Assembly: GCA_041640595.1 (NCBI GenBank)
Contig: JBEPZY010000001.1
Coordinates: 32,001-96,000 of the forward strand
Length of the DNA: 64,000 nucleotides
Source of the DNA: Gemmatales bacterium
GTDB taxonomy: Bacteria > Planctomycetota > Planctomycetia > Gemmatales > HRBIN36
Reading direction: 5' to 3'
How positions within the stretch are numbered: position 1 is the first letter of the stretch; every line of letters begins with the position of its first letter. The position numbers and the translations under genes were made by a program. The notes below the pieces were generated by a model. The model saw only the letters and a list, made by a program, of their open reading frames with translations, searched no databases and had not been told where the DNA came from. Positions 1 through 8,840 of the stretch are shown piece by piece.

Positions 1-978
1 GTAGTCGAGGATTATTGCCGTTTTGTCCTGAACGATGCTTATCTGCAACGGGAATGGCGGCAGATACGCCATCAGTTGTCCGAGATACTCGCGCGAAGTG
101 GTCTGGCGTTGCTGGCGGCACGCGACACACCGGGGGATGTGGGTACACCAGCGGGCAGCGAAACTTCACCCAGGCATTCCTTTCGTGCGGTCGTACGTGC
201 CAATGCGAGCCGGGTTCAGGAAGCTCTGCGCACTCTGGAAGAGTATTTGCGTCTCCATCAGGCCGATCTCTCCGCTCAGCTGGCAGCCTTGCGCTATCGA
301 ACCTACACCCTGGAGAAGGCCTCGCTTGGAATGGAGGCCAGTCAAGAAGCGCTGGCGAACGCTCGATTGTGTGTCATCATAACCGGGGCACTTTGCGTGC
401 GACCGCTGGAGTGGACGGTGAAAGAAGCTTTGGCTGGTGGAGCTGATATCATCCAGCTTCGCGAAAAATCCCTCCCCGACCGCGAATGGCTGCTCCGAGC
501 GGAATTGCTCCGCCGCTGGACTGCAGAAGCCAGAGCCCTATTTATCGTCAACGACCGACCGGACATCGCTCGTTTAGCCGGAGCCGATGGCGTGCACGTT
601 GGCCAGGACGATTTGCCCTTGCCGCGCGTTCGTCGGCTGGTCGGGGCGGAGTTTTTGATCGGCGTGAGCACTCACAATCTGGAGCAGCTCCGCCAGGCCA
701 TCACTGAGGGTGCCAGTTACGTCGGTGTCGGGCCGGTGTTCACGACCTCGACCAAACCAGTCAGCGAACTGGCTGGGCTGGAATACGTCCGGCAAGCCGC
801 TGCCGAAACCGCTTTGCCCGCGTTCGCCATCGGGGGCATCACACCGGCCAACGTCGAGCAGGTAGTGCAGGCTGGTTTGAACCGGGTCGCTGTCTCTTCC
901 GTGGTCTGTCGGGCGGAAAATCCCCGCGTTATCGTCCAGGAACTTCGCCGGGTGCTCGATACCGTGAAACCCGCCTAA
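1..978 (+). CDS. thiE: Thiamine-phosphate synthase with N-terminal ThiD2-like domain (5'-partial)
   Basis: Frame +1 is open from base 1 (VVEDYCRFVLND...ANASRVQEALRTLEE). The C-terminal TMP-synthase barrel has the motifs QLREK, FIVNDRPDIA, GVHVGQDD, IGVSTH, GPVFTTSTK and AIGGI. Confidence 0.93.
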   Translation, partial: VVEDYCRFVLNDAYLQREWRQIRHQLSEILARSGLALLAARDTPGDVGTPAGSETSPRHSFRAVVRANASRVQEALRTLEEYLRLHQADLSAQLAALRYRTYTLEKASLGMEASQEALANARLCVIITGALCVRPLEWTVKEALAGGADIIQLREKSLPDREWLLRAELLRRWTAEARALFIVNDRPDIARLAGADGVHVGQDDLPLPRVRRLVGAEFLIGVSTHNLEQLRQAITEGASYVGVGPVFTTSTKPVSELAGLEYVRQAAAETALPAFAIGGITPANVEQVVQAGLNRVAVSSVVCRAENPRVIVQELRRVLDTVKPA

Positions 979-1065
979 GATGAGCACTAACTACCAATCC
1001 GAATTTGCCCAACCTCGGCAGCGGCTTGCCACTTTTAGATGCGACTACGGACAAGGAACCGACTT

Positions 1066-2343
1066 ATGCCTTACCCGAAAATGGTAACCTTACGCCAGGA
1101 GTTTGAGCGACCGGTCGTCTCGGACATTGCCGCGACGGTATGGCAGACCTTGAGTGGACTCGATTTGGGAAAGCGAATTCGTCCTGGGCAGACGGTTGCG
1201 CTCACGGCAGGAAGTCGGGGCATCGCCAACATTGCTTTGATCCTCCGCGAAACTGTGCGGTTCTTACGTAAGCTGGGGGCCGAGCCGTTCATTGTTCCTG
1301 CAATGGGGAGTCACGGCGGCGCTACCGCGGAGGGACAGCGACGGGTGCTGGAATCCTACGGAATCACCGAAGCGTTTGTCGAGGCTCCGATCCGGGCCAG
1401 TATGGAGGTGGTTTCGCTGGGCACCACTGCCGAAGGTTACCCCGTCGTGCTTGACCGTTTCGCCAGCCAGGCCGATCACATTGGCGTGATCGGACGAGTC
1501 AAGCCGCATACCGGCTTTCACGGTCCAATCGAGAGCGGTTTGCTGAAAATGCTGATGATCGGGCTGGGCAAGCATGCAGGCGCCAGCCGTTACCATCGCA
1601 TTTTGCTTGAGGAACCTTACGATAAGGTGGTTCGCTCGGTAGCCCGTCACATTCTGGCCCGCCAATCGGTCGCTTTTGGCCTGGCCATAGTGGAGAACGC
1701 TTACGACGAGACCGCCCTCATCGAAGCCGTGCCGCCCGAATGTTTTGAAAAACGCGAGGAAGAGCTTTTGCAGCTGGCGCGTCGCTGGTTGCCGCGGCTT
1801 CCCTGGTCCCGGGCTGATCTGCTCATCGTGGACGAGATCGGCAAAGAAATCAGCGGCTCTGGTATGGACACCAATGTCGTCGGTCGCAAACGCGCTTTGA
1901 AAAACGCCAGCGATATTCCCCAGCCGGAAATGCGGCTCATCTTCGTCCGCGATCTTTCTGAAAAAACACACGGTAACGCCACGGGTATCGGTCTGGCCGA
2001 TTTCACGACTTCCCGCCTGATCCGCAAGATGGACTACCGTGCAACGGTGATCAACTGCCTGACCGCTGGCTACCCGAATGGGGCGTTTCTTCCGGTACAC
2101 TTTGACACTGACCGCGAGGTGCTGGACGCTGCCCTGTCCATCGTGGCGCCGGAAGACCCGACATCCGCCCGCGTTCTGTGGATCCGCAATACACTACAAC
2201 TGCAATACGTCCAGGCTTCCGAAGCCTGCTGGCGTCAGGGTTCACCAGAAACTCGCTGCACAGCGATTAGCCCAGCCCGGGAACTGGAATTTGACTCTGC
2301 CGGTAACTTGGTGCCCTGGCACCACGCCTGGACCAAAACTTAG
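1066..2343 (+). CDS. LarA-like (DUF2088) nickel-pincer-cofactor-dependent isomerase family protein
   Basis: Motifs TAGSRGI, PAMGSHGG, GRVKPHT, SGLLKMLMIGLGKH and GKEISGSGMDTNVVGR. The start is placed at ATG 1066 behind AAGGA (ORF track starts 1039). Confidence 0.7.
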   Translation: MPYPKMVTLRQEFERPVVSDIAATVWQTLSGLDLGKRIRPGQTVALTAGSRGIANIALILRETVRFLRKLGAEPFIVPAMGSHGGATAEGQRRVLESYGITEAFVEAPIRASMEVVSLGTTAEGYPVVLDRFASQADHIGVIGRVKPHTGFHGPIESGLLKMLMIGLGKHAGASRYHRILLEEPYDKVVRSVARHILARQSVAFGLAIVENAYDETALIEAVPPECFEKREEELLQLARRWLPRLPWSRADLLIVDEIGKEISGSGMDTNVVGRKRALKNASDIPQPEMRLIFVRDLSEKTHGNATGIGLADFTTSRLIRKMDYRATVINCLTAGYPNGAFLPVHFDTDREVLDAALSIVAPEDPTSARVLWIRNTLQLQYVQASEACWRQGSPETRCTAISPARELEFDSAGNLVPWHHAWTKT

Positions 2344-2540
2344 GCCGCACTGCCGCTTTTATTCCCTCAAGAGTCCCGTATAGCCCGCGGAAGCAAAAGG
2401 ACCGTTCGCTGCGAGAGCAACCACCGCAAACCAGCTGGGCCAGACTTACACAGTCATTACTGCATTGCGAGTATGCCCCGGAATCATGGCGCCCCAGAGC
2501 TATGCACTTGCCGAGAGATTAGCACCCGTTTCGCGTTATC

Positions 2541-2635
2541 GGTAACCGGCGCGCGGGTTCGAACACCTGCGTGTCGCTTGTTACCGCGCTTACGTTTTGT
2601 CGTCTGGTAACCGGAACGCGCATTCGAACACCTGC
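2541..2635. repeat. Imperfect 30-nt direct repeat pair upstream of fabH
   Basis: ggtaaccggcgcgcgggttcgaacacctgc (2541-2570) and ggtaaccggaacgcgcattcgaacacctgc (2606-2635), 35 nt apart. Confidence 0.8.
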
Positions 2636-2756
2636 CCTATCCCGAATCCAAGCCAGTGGATATATTATTTGCTTGCTGCGGTCATTGAAACTGGAGCAAA
2701 CAGCAACGGACAAACGTGAGCATGACCCTTCGGCCCAGGTAAGTCCTAGCACAGGT

Positions 2757-3788
2757 ATGAACACGCAATACGACGGTACTCTGATCAGCGTCCGCCCACC
2801 ATGTCGTTCCTTGTTGGGTGTGCGGATTATCGCTACCGGCAGCTATGTGCCCGACGGTGTGATTACCAACGATTACCTCGGCCAGCATTACGGCTGCGAT
2901 CCGGAATGGATTGTGCGTCGCACAGGCATTCTCGAACGACGGCACGCCTTGCCCCATCAGGCCACCAGCGATTTGTGTTACGAGGCCGCCGAGTTGTGTT
3001 TGCAACGGGCCGGCATTGCTCGCCAGGAGGTGGACTTGCTGATCTGCGGCACCTATACGCCGGATATGTCGTTTCCCTCGACGGCCTGTTTGTTGCAGGA
3101 TCGGCTGGGGCTGCATTGTGCCGCTTTTGATTTGCAGGCCGCCTGTGCCGGTTTCATGTATGCCCTGGTCACCGGGGCCGCTTACATTGCCGCCGGAGTC
3201 AGTCGCTATGCCCTGGTCATCGGCGGCGATACGAACTCTCGCGTCGCCAATCCTCGCGATCAGAAAACCTTTCCACTTTTCGGCGACGGTGCCGGAGCGG
3301 TCCTGCTTGCTAAAGCCCCCAAAGAGTACGGTATCCTCAGCTACAGTCTCGGCTCCGACGGTCGCGGTGGCGATTTGTTGAGCCGTCCGGCCTGCGGTAG
3401 CCGACTTCCTCCCAGCGCCGATCTCCTCGCCCAGGGATTGCAGTATCTATACATGGACGGACGCGCTGTCTTTCGCTGGGCTGTCAATATCCTTTGCGAC
3501 TCCATACGCGACGTCTTGCAACACAGCCACCTGACCATTGATGACATAGATGTGTTCATTCCCCATCAAGCGAACATTCGCATCATTAACGCTGCCTTGG
3601 ACGCCTTGCATATCCCGCGTGAGAAAGTTTTTTGCAATCTCCACAAATACGGTAACACCTCGGCTGGTTCGATCCCGCTGGCCCTGGATGAAGCTGTACA
3701 GGAAGGTCGCATTCGCCCGGGCAGCCTAATTGTCATGAGCGGTTTCGGCGCCGGACTCGCCTGGGGCACCGTCGTCATGCGCTGGTAA
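2757..3788 (+). CDS. fabH: 3-oxoacyl-ACP synthase III
   Basis: Catalytic triad motifs AACAGF, PHQAN and YGNTSAGS, plus RTGILERR, LFGDGAGA and GFGAGLAWG. Likely start ATG 2757 (ORF track starts 2571). Confidence 0.95.
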   Translation: MNTQYDGTLISVRPPCRSLLGVRIIATGSYVPDGVITNDYLGQHYGCDPEWIVRRTGILERRHALPHQATSDLCYEAAELCLQRAGIARQEVDLLICGTYTPDMSFPSTACLLQDRLGLHCAAFDLQAACAGFMYALVTGAAYIAAGVSRYALVIGGDTNSRVANPRDQKTFPLFGDGAGAVLLAKAPKEYGILSYSLGSDGRGGDLLSRPACGSRLPPSADLLAQGLQYLYMDGRAVFRWAVNILCDSIRDVLQHSHLTIDDIDVFIPHQANIRIINAALDALHIPREKVFCNLHKYGNTSAGSIPLALDEAVQEGRIRPGSLIVMSGFGAGLAWGTVVMRW

Positions 3789-3932
3789 CGGCGGTGACGT
3801 CTGAGTCTCGTCAGGAACAAGGTGGCACCACAATGGGCTTACTCCCATCGCGCCTGGTGACCATCGTGGGCTTACACGCTCACCTCTCTTTGCTGGCCGC
3901 CCTGGCCAGGCACTCTCCCGTAACCACCCGAG

Positions 3933-5288
3933 CTATGCCGATCGGCTGTACCACAGGATCAGGGCTTCCGTCTCGTTGCGGCTGGCCAGAATATTGAGTG
4001 CCAGACGTTGCCGGTACGAGTCTAGCAGCGGACTATAACCGAAATTTTCATCCACGACCTGTACCGCTTTTTCGACGGCTGCCAGCCCACCGCGTTCCAG
4101 ATAGCCCCGCGTCAGCCAGAGGATCATCGGCAAGGTCAGAGCTAACAATTCCAACCCGGTCAGGAACGGATAATCCATGAAGGCCGGGCCGCAGAATTGC
4201 AGCGATTTCATCTTCACGCAATAATATCGCTCCAACAGTTCCCAGGCGGCCTGAGGCAAGGCGGATAAAGGTCCTTCCAGTTCTTGGAAAGTTTTGTCCG
4301 GGAGTCCCTTTTGCAAGGGGGGTAGTTTCCCCTTGCCGCGTACCATTCGCCACATGGCTGCCATCAAACCCAGTCGGCTGCGTGAAGCCACGCCCCGCCG
4401 TACACCTTGATCCTTGCGCAAGCAAATCGCCAGGAAATTGCGAAACAATATCCGCCCTACCCAGCTGGGCTTAGCATGCCGTTGCAGAAGCTGCTTCACT
4501 TCTTCCTCGGCCGAGCCCTCTAATATCTCTAAGAACTGTCGCAAGCGCTCGCCCCGCACCTGTTCGAAGCGGGCCTCCCGGCAAATGCGGGCTATGTGGA
4601 GAATCGTCAGCCACCGCTCGACTAAGCTTTGGCGGCGTCGCTCTAATATCCGGGTAAAGTGTTCGGCGAAAAGGATCAGATCGCGCCAATCTAATATTTC
4701 CCCCTGACCGAATGGCGGAGGCGGTGTCTCACCCGAAGAATCCAGATGCGGATGCATTTCCCGGTGCCAACGCTCGAATCCCGTAGCATATTCACGCAAC
4801 TCGTCCAGCTGAGCATCTAACCGCCTGCCTTTATTCGCCGTTGCCGACGGACACGCATAGCGCAAACTGATCCGGTAATGGTCGCCGACCGGTACTAAAA
4901 CATAAGGATAGAGCCGGCAGGCAAACGGTTTCGCTTCGGCGCCAAACTTAGCGTGAATGCGACACAGACCATTTTCATCCAGGAAAATGCACCTATCACC
5001 GTCGCGCTGATTGAGCCGCCAGCGGCGCCGCCAGATGGGGCCGTAGGGCACAAACAACGGGATACCTTGAAACTCCGGCAATTGCGACCAGCCTTGCTCG
5101 GCGATACGGCGACGCTCTTCCGGGGTAACCGGCACCCAGTAATCGGTGCAGCAATTGCCGCATTGATGACAATCCCAACGCTGAATCACCGGCAAACTGC
5201 GAATCGGTCGCGCCATGGCGAAACCTCTCCAGCCCGCTGCCACCAGCCCAGCCGGGGCTGGTAATAAATACAAGCATCCCTGCCGCAC
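3933..5288 (-). CDS. YkgJ-type cysteine-cluster / FliB-like (flagellin lysine N-methylase family) Fe-S protein
   Basis: CHQCGNCC...CIFLDENGLCRIH...KPFACRLYPY...YACP followed by a large helical C-terminal domain. The real start may be MARPIRSLP (about 5216). Confidence 0.7.
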   Translation of the reverse strand: MRQGCLYLLPAPAGLVAAGWRGFAMARPIRSLPVIQRWDCHQCGNCCTDYWVPVTPEERRRIAEQGWSQLPEFQGIPLFVPYGPIWRRRWRLNQRDGDRCIFLDENGLCRIHAKFGAEAKPFACRLYPYVLVPVGDHYRISLRYACPSATANKGRRLDAQLDELREYATGFERWHREMHPHLDSSGETPPPPFGQGEILDWRDLILFAEHFTRILERRRQSLVERWLTILHIARICREARFEQVRGERLRQFLEILEGSAEEEVKQLLQRHAKPSWVGRILFRNFLAICLRKDQGVRRGVASRSRLGLMAAMWRMVRGKGKLPPLQKGLPDKTFQELEGPLSALPQAAWELLERYYCVKMKSLQFCGPAFMDYPFLTGLELLALTLPMILWLTRGYLERGGLAAVEKAVQVVDENFGYSPLLDSYRQRLALNILASRNETEALILWYSRSA

Positions 5289-6367
5289 TAATGACCTATA
5301 TACTTAGCATAGAGAGTGCGGGCACGCTCGACGTCGCTGGTACCCTTGATAATCGCGCGCCCGTCGGGGAAAACGGTGAACTCATAGCCATCCACTTGAA
5401 ATTTGAGCAGGAATTGATTGTAGGTCACCTCCCCCAGGCCGCGGAGGCGTTGCGCCAGTTCCTCGAAATCGAGGCGAGTTGCGCTACGGTGAGCAACTTG
5501 CACAGCATTCCGACCGCATAACGCTGTCGTGTGCGAACCCATTTTCCCTTCCAGCCAGTCAAACTGCCGACGTTTACAGCAAGGGCAATCCACTGTATCT
5601 TTCAGCCGACTTACCTTGAACTGCCGCAGGATATTGTCCCAGACATCTATATAAATCAGTTCGCGGTTGACAGCTTCTAAGTGTCCGGTGAGGATTTTCA
5701 AAGCCTCAGCCGCCTGGAAACTGGCGACGATGTGCACAGCCGGAGCGAGAACGCCAGCGGTCTCGCACGTCGGTGCCATCCCCGGTGGTGGGGCCGATTC
5801 GATCACGCAACGCAGGCACGGCGTCTCGCCCGGCAGGATGACCATCACCTGCCCGTGGCTGCCTATACATCCGCCATAGACCCAGGGTTTACCTGTCTTA
5901 ATGGCCGCATCGTTAATCAGATAACGCACCTCGAAATTATCCGTGCCATCTAATATCAAGTCCGCATCGGCAATCAGGTCGAGAATGTTAGTATGGTCAA
6001 TATCGGTGACAACCGGTTCGATACGCACGGAGGAATTGACACGCTGAAGAATGCGAGCAGCGGCGATCGCCTTGGGCAGATTTTCGGCGACATCCTGCTC
6101 GTCGAAGAGAACCTGCCGTTGCAGATTATGCAACTCGATAAAGTCACGATCCACGATGCGGACAAAGCCGACGCCGGCACGCACTAATAAATTAGCCAGC
6201 ACCGTACCCAGGGCACCGCAACCGCAAAGCGTAACGCGACTGGCGAGCAGTTTCCGTTGCCCCTCCTCGCCGATGCCGGGAAACTTCATCTGGCGACTGT
6301 AGCGCTCTAAGCTAACATCGCCCGATTTCAGGTCGTTGGCATTCGTGGCAATCGCATTGATGCTCAT
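5288..6367 (-). CDS. MoeB/ThiF family sulfur-carrier adenylyltransferase (E1-like), no rhodanese domain
   Basis: RYSRQ, GCGALG, DRDFIELHNLQRQ, DGTDNFEVR, zinc motifs PCLRC and CPCC, and TCETAGVL. Confidence 0.92.
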   Translation of the reverse strand: MSINAIATNANDLKSGDVSLERYSRQMKFPGIGEEGQRKLLASRVTLCGCGALGTVLANLLVRAGVGFVRIVDRDFIELHNLQRQVLFDEQDVAENLPKAIAAARILQRVNSSVRIEPVVTDIDHTNILDLIADADLILDGTDNFEVRYLINDAAIKTGKPWVYGGCIGSHGQVMVILPGETPCLRCVIESAPPPGMAPTCETAGVLAPAVHIVASFQAAEALKILTGHLEAVNRELIYIDVWDNILRQFKVSRLKDTVDCPCCKRRQFDWLEGKMGSHTTALCGRNAVQVAHRSATRLDFEELAQRLRGLGEVTYNQFLLKFQVDGYEFTVFPDGRAIIKGTSDVERARTLYAKYIGH

Positions 6368-6391
6368 AGCTGGTTATCGCAGAAATAATAT

Positions 6392-6670
6392 CTAAATTTC
6401 GCCGCCAGCAACTGCGGGAATGATGCTGATCTGGTCGCCTTCCTGGACAGGGGTATCTAAATTGTTGAGGTAGCGGATATCTTCGTCGTTAAGATAGATA
6501 TTGACGAAACGGCGCACCTGGCCGTTATCGAAGAGCCGATGGCCTAATTCAGGAAATTGCCGCACTATATCATTGAGCACTTCGCCCACAGTTTGTCCCT
6601 GACCGTGTACCAGGTCACGACCCTGGGTATGCTGACGTAAGGGTGAAGGGATTTGCACACTAATAGGCAT
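6392..6670 (-). CDS. MoaD/CysO-like ubiquitin-fold sulfur carrier protein with C-terminal GG-EI extension
   Basis: IPSPLRQ, RRFVNIYLNDEDIRYL and GDQISIIPAVAGG, then EI and the stop codon. GAGG RBS. Confidence 0.93.
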   Translation of the reverse strand: MPISVQIPSPLRQHTQGRDLVHGQGQTVGEVLNDIVRQFPELGHRLFDNGQVRRFVNIYLNDEDIRYLNNLDTPVQEGDQISIIPAVAGGEI

Positions 6671-6682
6671 AGATAAACCTCG

Positions 6683-7033
6683 CTAGCCAATCATCCAGTA
6701 TAGCAATGTGCCACAGGCCCAGAAGGTGGTGACAAAGCTCAGACAATCGCCTGAAGTCAGCCACCACGGGCGGGGCAATCCAGCTTCCCACACCAGACGT
6801 TCCACACGCCGCCACTGTACATGCAGTATTAAGCCCAGAAGGAGCAGGTAAGTTTCCAGACTAAGTTTCAGCTCCAGCCAGCGGGCCTCGGTAAGGGTGA
6901 AGCTGAGCAGCACCTGGGCGGTCATGTAAAAGATAAGCACACCCCACCCGACCGATCCCAGGACCACTGCTTCCAGGGGTAAGGCAGGCGGTGAGGCAAG
7001 GTCGTCCTGCCAGGTAGGTTCGTAAGCCGACAT
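6683..7033 (-). CDS. Small hypothetical membrane protein (about 3 TM helices)
   Basis: Three hydrophobic stretches; co-oriented inside the operon. ATG 7033 follows GGAG (ORF track starts 7120). Confidence 0.6.
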   Translation of the reverse strand: MSAYEPTWQDDLASPPALPLEAVVLGSVGWGVLIFYMTAQVLLSFTLTEARWLELKLSLETYLLLLGLILHVQWRRVERLVWEAGLPRPWWLTSGDCLSFVTTFWACGTLLYWMIG

Positions 7034-7112
7034 AAAGGCTCCAGTCTCGCGCATGCAGCGACCAGGCATTACTGCTGGCGTTATTCTAGCAGGGTTAGCG
7101 GTACAGTGCTGT

Positions 7113-8402
7113 TCAAGCACCGGCTGGGGCGAGTTCGTGAGTTACCTGTGGAGCCGACGTGGTCAAACTACCGGCCAGGAGCCGATCAAATTCCTCTAAT
7201 CGTGGCGGGATGACCGGTGCCTCGGTCAGGACACCGTTGAGCGCTTCCTGCGTTTTCAAGCCGTTGCCGGTGATGCACAGGACGATTTCGTCATCGGGAG
7301 AGATGCGGCCTTGCTCAATGAGTTTGCGAGCAACGGCCAGGGTAACTCCGCCAGCCGTCTCGGTGAAAATTCCCTCGGTTTCCGCCAGCAGGGCCATGCT
7401 TTCAGCAATTTCGGCGTCGGAAGCATCATCGGCCCAGCCGCCAGTTTCCCGAATGACGCGAATGGCAAAGTAGCCGTCGGCAGGATCGCCTATGGCCAGC
7501 GAGCGGGCGATGGTCTGGGGATTTTTCACCGGTTTGTGGCTGTCCCAACCGTTTTTGACGGCGGTGCTGATCGGTGCGCAACCGCTCGCCTGGGCCCCAT
7601 GCACTCGATACGGCGAGGGAGAGACCCAGCCGAGTTGCTGCAGTTCCTGGAAGGCCTTGTGAATCTTGCCGATCAAACTGCCGCCGGCCATCGGCACGAC
7701 CACATGTTGCGGCAACCGCCAGCCGAGTTGCTCGGCGATCTCGTATCCCAAGGACTTGGAACCTTCCGCGTAGAACGGACGAAGGTTGATGTTGACCAGG
7801 CCCCAGCCGTATTTGAATGCGATCTGCGTGCACAAGCGGTTCACCTGATCGTAAGTCCCCTGCACACGCACCAGCCGGGCACCGTACACGGTAGTGCCGA
7901 TGATCTTGGCCTGCTCAATCTCGGCGGGTACGAGGATGTAGGCGGTCATGCCGGCCGCGGCAGCATTCGCGGCGACACTGTTGGCCAGGTTCCCCGTGCT
8001 GGCACAACCGACCGTATCGAACCCGAACTCGCGCGCCTTGCTCAATGCCACTGCTACCACGCGGTCCTTGAAGGAAAGCGTGGGGAAGTTGACGGCATCG
8101 TTCTTGATCCAGACTCGGCGCACTCCCAGGACCTTCGCCAGCCGCGGGGCTGGTAACAACGGGGTACCACCGACAAACTGGCCGACGGTTGGTTCGCCGT
8201 CCAGCGGCAACAATTCGCGGTACCGCCACATAGTAAACGGCCGACGCTGCAAATCGTCGCGTTTCACCCGACGAGCAATGGCTTCATAGTCGTAATCCAC
8301 CTCCAGCGGGCCGAAATCTTCGGAGCAAAAATTGATCGGCTCCTGCGGATAATGTTTGCCGCACAGACGACATTTCAAGCCACGTACCAGGGTGTCGGTC
8401 AC
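7113..8402 (-). CDS. Threonine-synthase-like PLP enzyme; probable O-phosphohomoserine:sulfur-carrier sulfhydrylase (MetM-like)
   Basis: CRLC..CSED zinc-finger-like N-terminus, PTLSFKDR (PLP Lys), CASTGNLA, EGSKSLGYEIAEQLGW and CITGNGLK. GTG 8402 follows GGAGG. Lies downstream of a SAM riboswitch and upstream of a sulfur carrier. Confidence 0.85.
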   Translation of the reverse strand: MTDTLVRGLKCRLCGKHYPQEPINFCSEDFGPLEVDYDYEAIARRVKRDDLQRRPFTMWRYRELLPLDGEPTVGQFVGGTPLLPAPRLAKVLGVRRVWIKNDAVNFPTLSFKDRVVAVALSKAREFGFDTVGCASTGNLANSVAANAAAAGMTAYILVPAEIEQAKIIGTTVYGARLVRVQGTYDQVNRLCTQIAFKYGWGLVNINLRPFYAEGSKSLGYEIAEQLGWRLPQHVVVPMAGGSLIGKIHKAFQELQQLGWVSPSPYRVHGAQASGCAPISTAVKNGWDSHKPVKNPQTIARSLAIGDPADGYFAIRVIRETGGWADDASDAEIAESMALLAETEGIFTETAGGVTLAVARKLIEQGRISPDDEIVLCITGNGLKTQEALNGVLTEAPVIPPRLEEFDRLLAGSLTTSAPQVTHELAPAGA

Positions 8403-8618
8403 CGTCAGCCTCCGGAAGTCGGCCACCGCGTGCGAGCCCGAGCAATTTGGTCGGCCAGCGCCTCTGGCTCGCAGCGTTAGCCCGGTTCTGGGAAAAATGG
8501 CGAGCGGCAGCTGCGAATTGGCAATTGGGCGGGATGAAACCGAGCAGTGCTTGTTCCGAGTGGCCTGGCGGTGAGGGCTAGCGAGCGGCCATGCAGGAGC
8601 CTTTTATGTGGCTCCCGG

Positions 8619-8657
8619 AAACAAAAACGCCTCTCCCCGGGATACGAGAAGAGGCGC
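8619..8657 (-). terminator. Intrinsic terminator of the SAM riboswitch expression platform
   Basis: Minus strand reads cgcctcttctcg-tatcc-cggggagaggcg followed by tttttgttt, just 3' of the aptamer. Confidence 0.85.
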
Positions 8658-8671
8658 AAGTCTGTCAGCTT

Positions 8672-8790
8672 ACGCATCTCATCTCTCCCGGTCGGCATGC
8701 CGGGCGGGAATTAGCACCTGACGCCGAACGAATCGGCCGGTTGCTGTGGCTTCACAGGGCCCGTTCCCTCCGCCACTCTGGATAAGACGC
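8672..8790 (-). ncRNA. SAM-I (S-box) riboswitch aptamer
   Basis: Minus strand: gcgtCTTATCcAGAGtggcGGAGGGAacgGGCCCtgTGAAGCcacaGCAACC...GGTGCTAAtTCC...GATGAGatgc. This matches the conserved S-box elements, and P1 closes as gtcttatc/gatgagat. Confidence 0.95.
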
Positions 8791-8840
8791 GCGGAATCCC
8801 TCTTTCAAAGAGCTCGCCGCTGCGCTGGCGATTTTCCACG

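Noticed and set aside
2480..2580. tRNA gene suggested by GGTTCGAA
   Set aside because: No D-arm, anticodon arm or acceptor stem could be built, and the loop has 8 nt rather than 7.
5288..6670. thiF/thiS (thiamine) or moeB/moaD (molybdopterin) assignment, given thiE and mobA in the window
   Set aside because: The 92-aa carrier is CysO/MoaD-like rather than ThiS-sized, no thiG or moaE is adjacent, and the operon is under a SAM rather than a TPP or Moco riboswitch.
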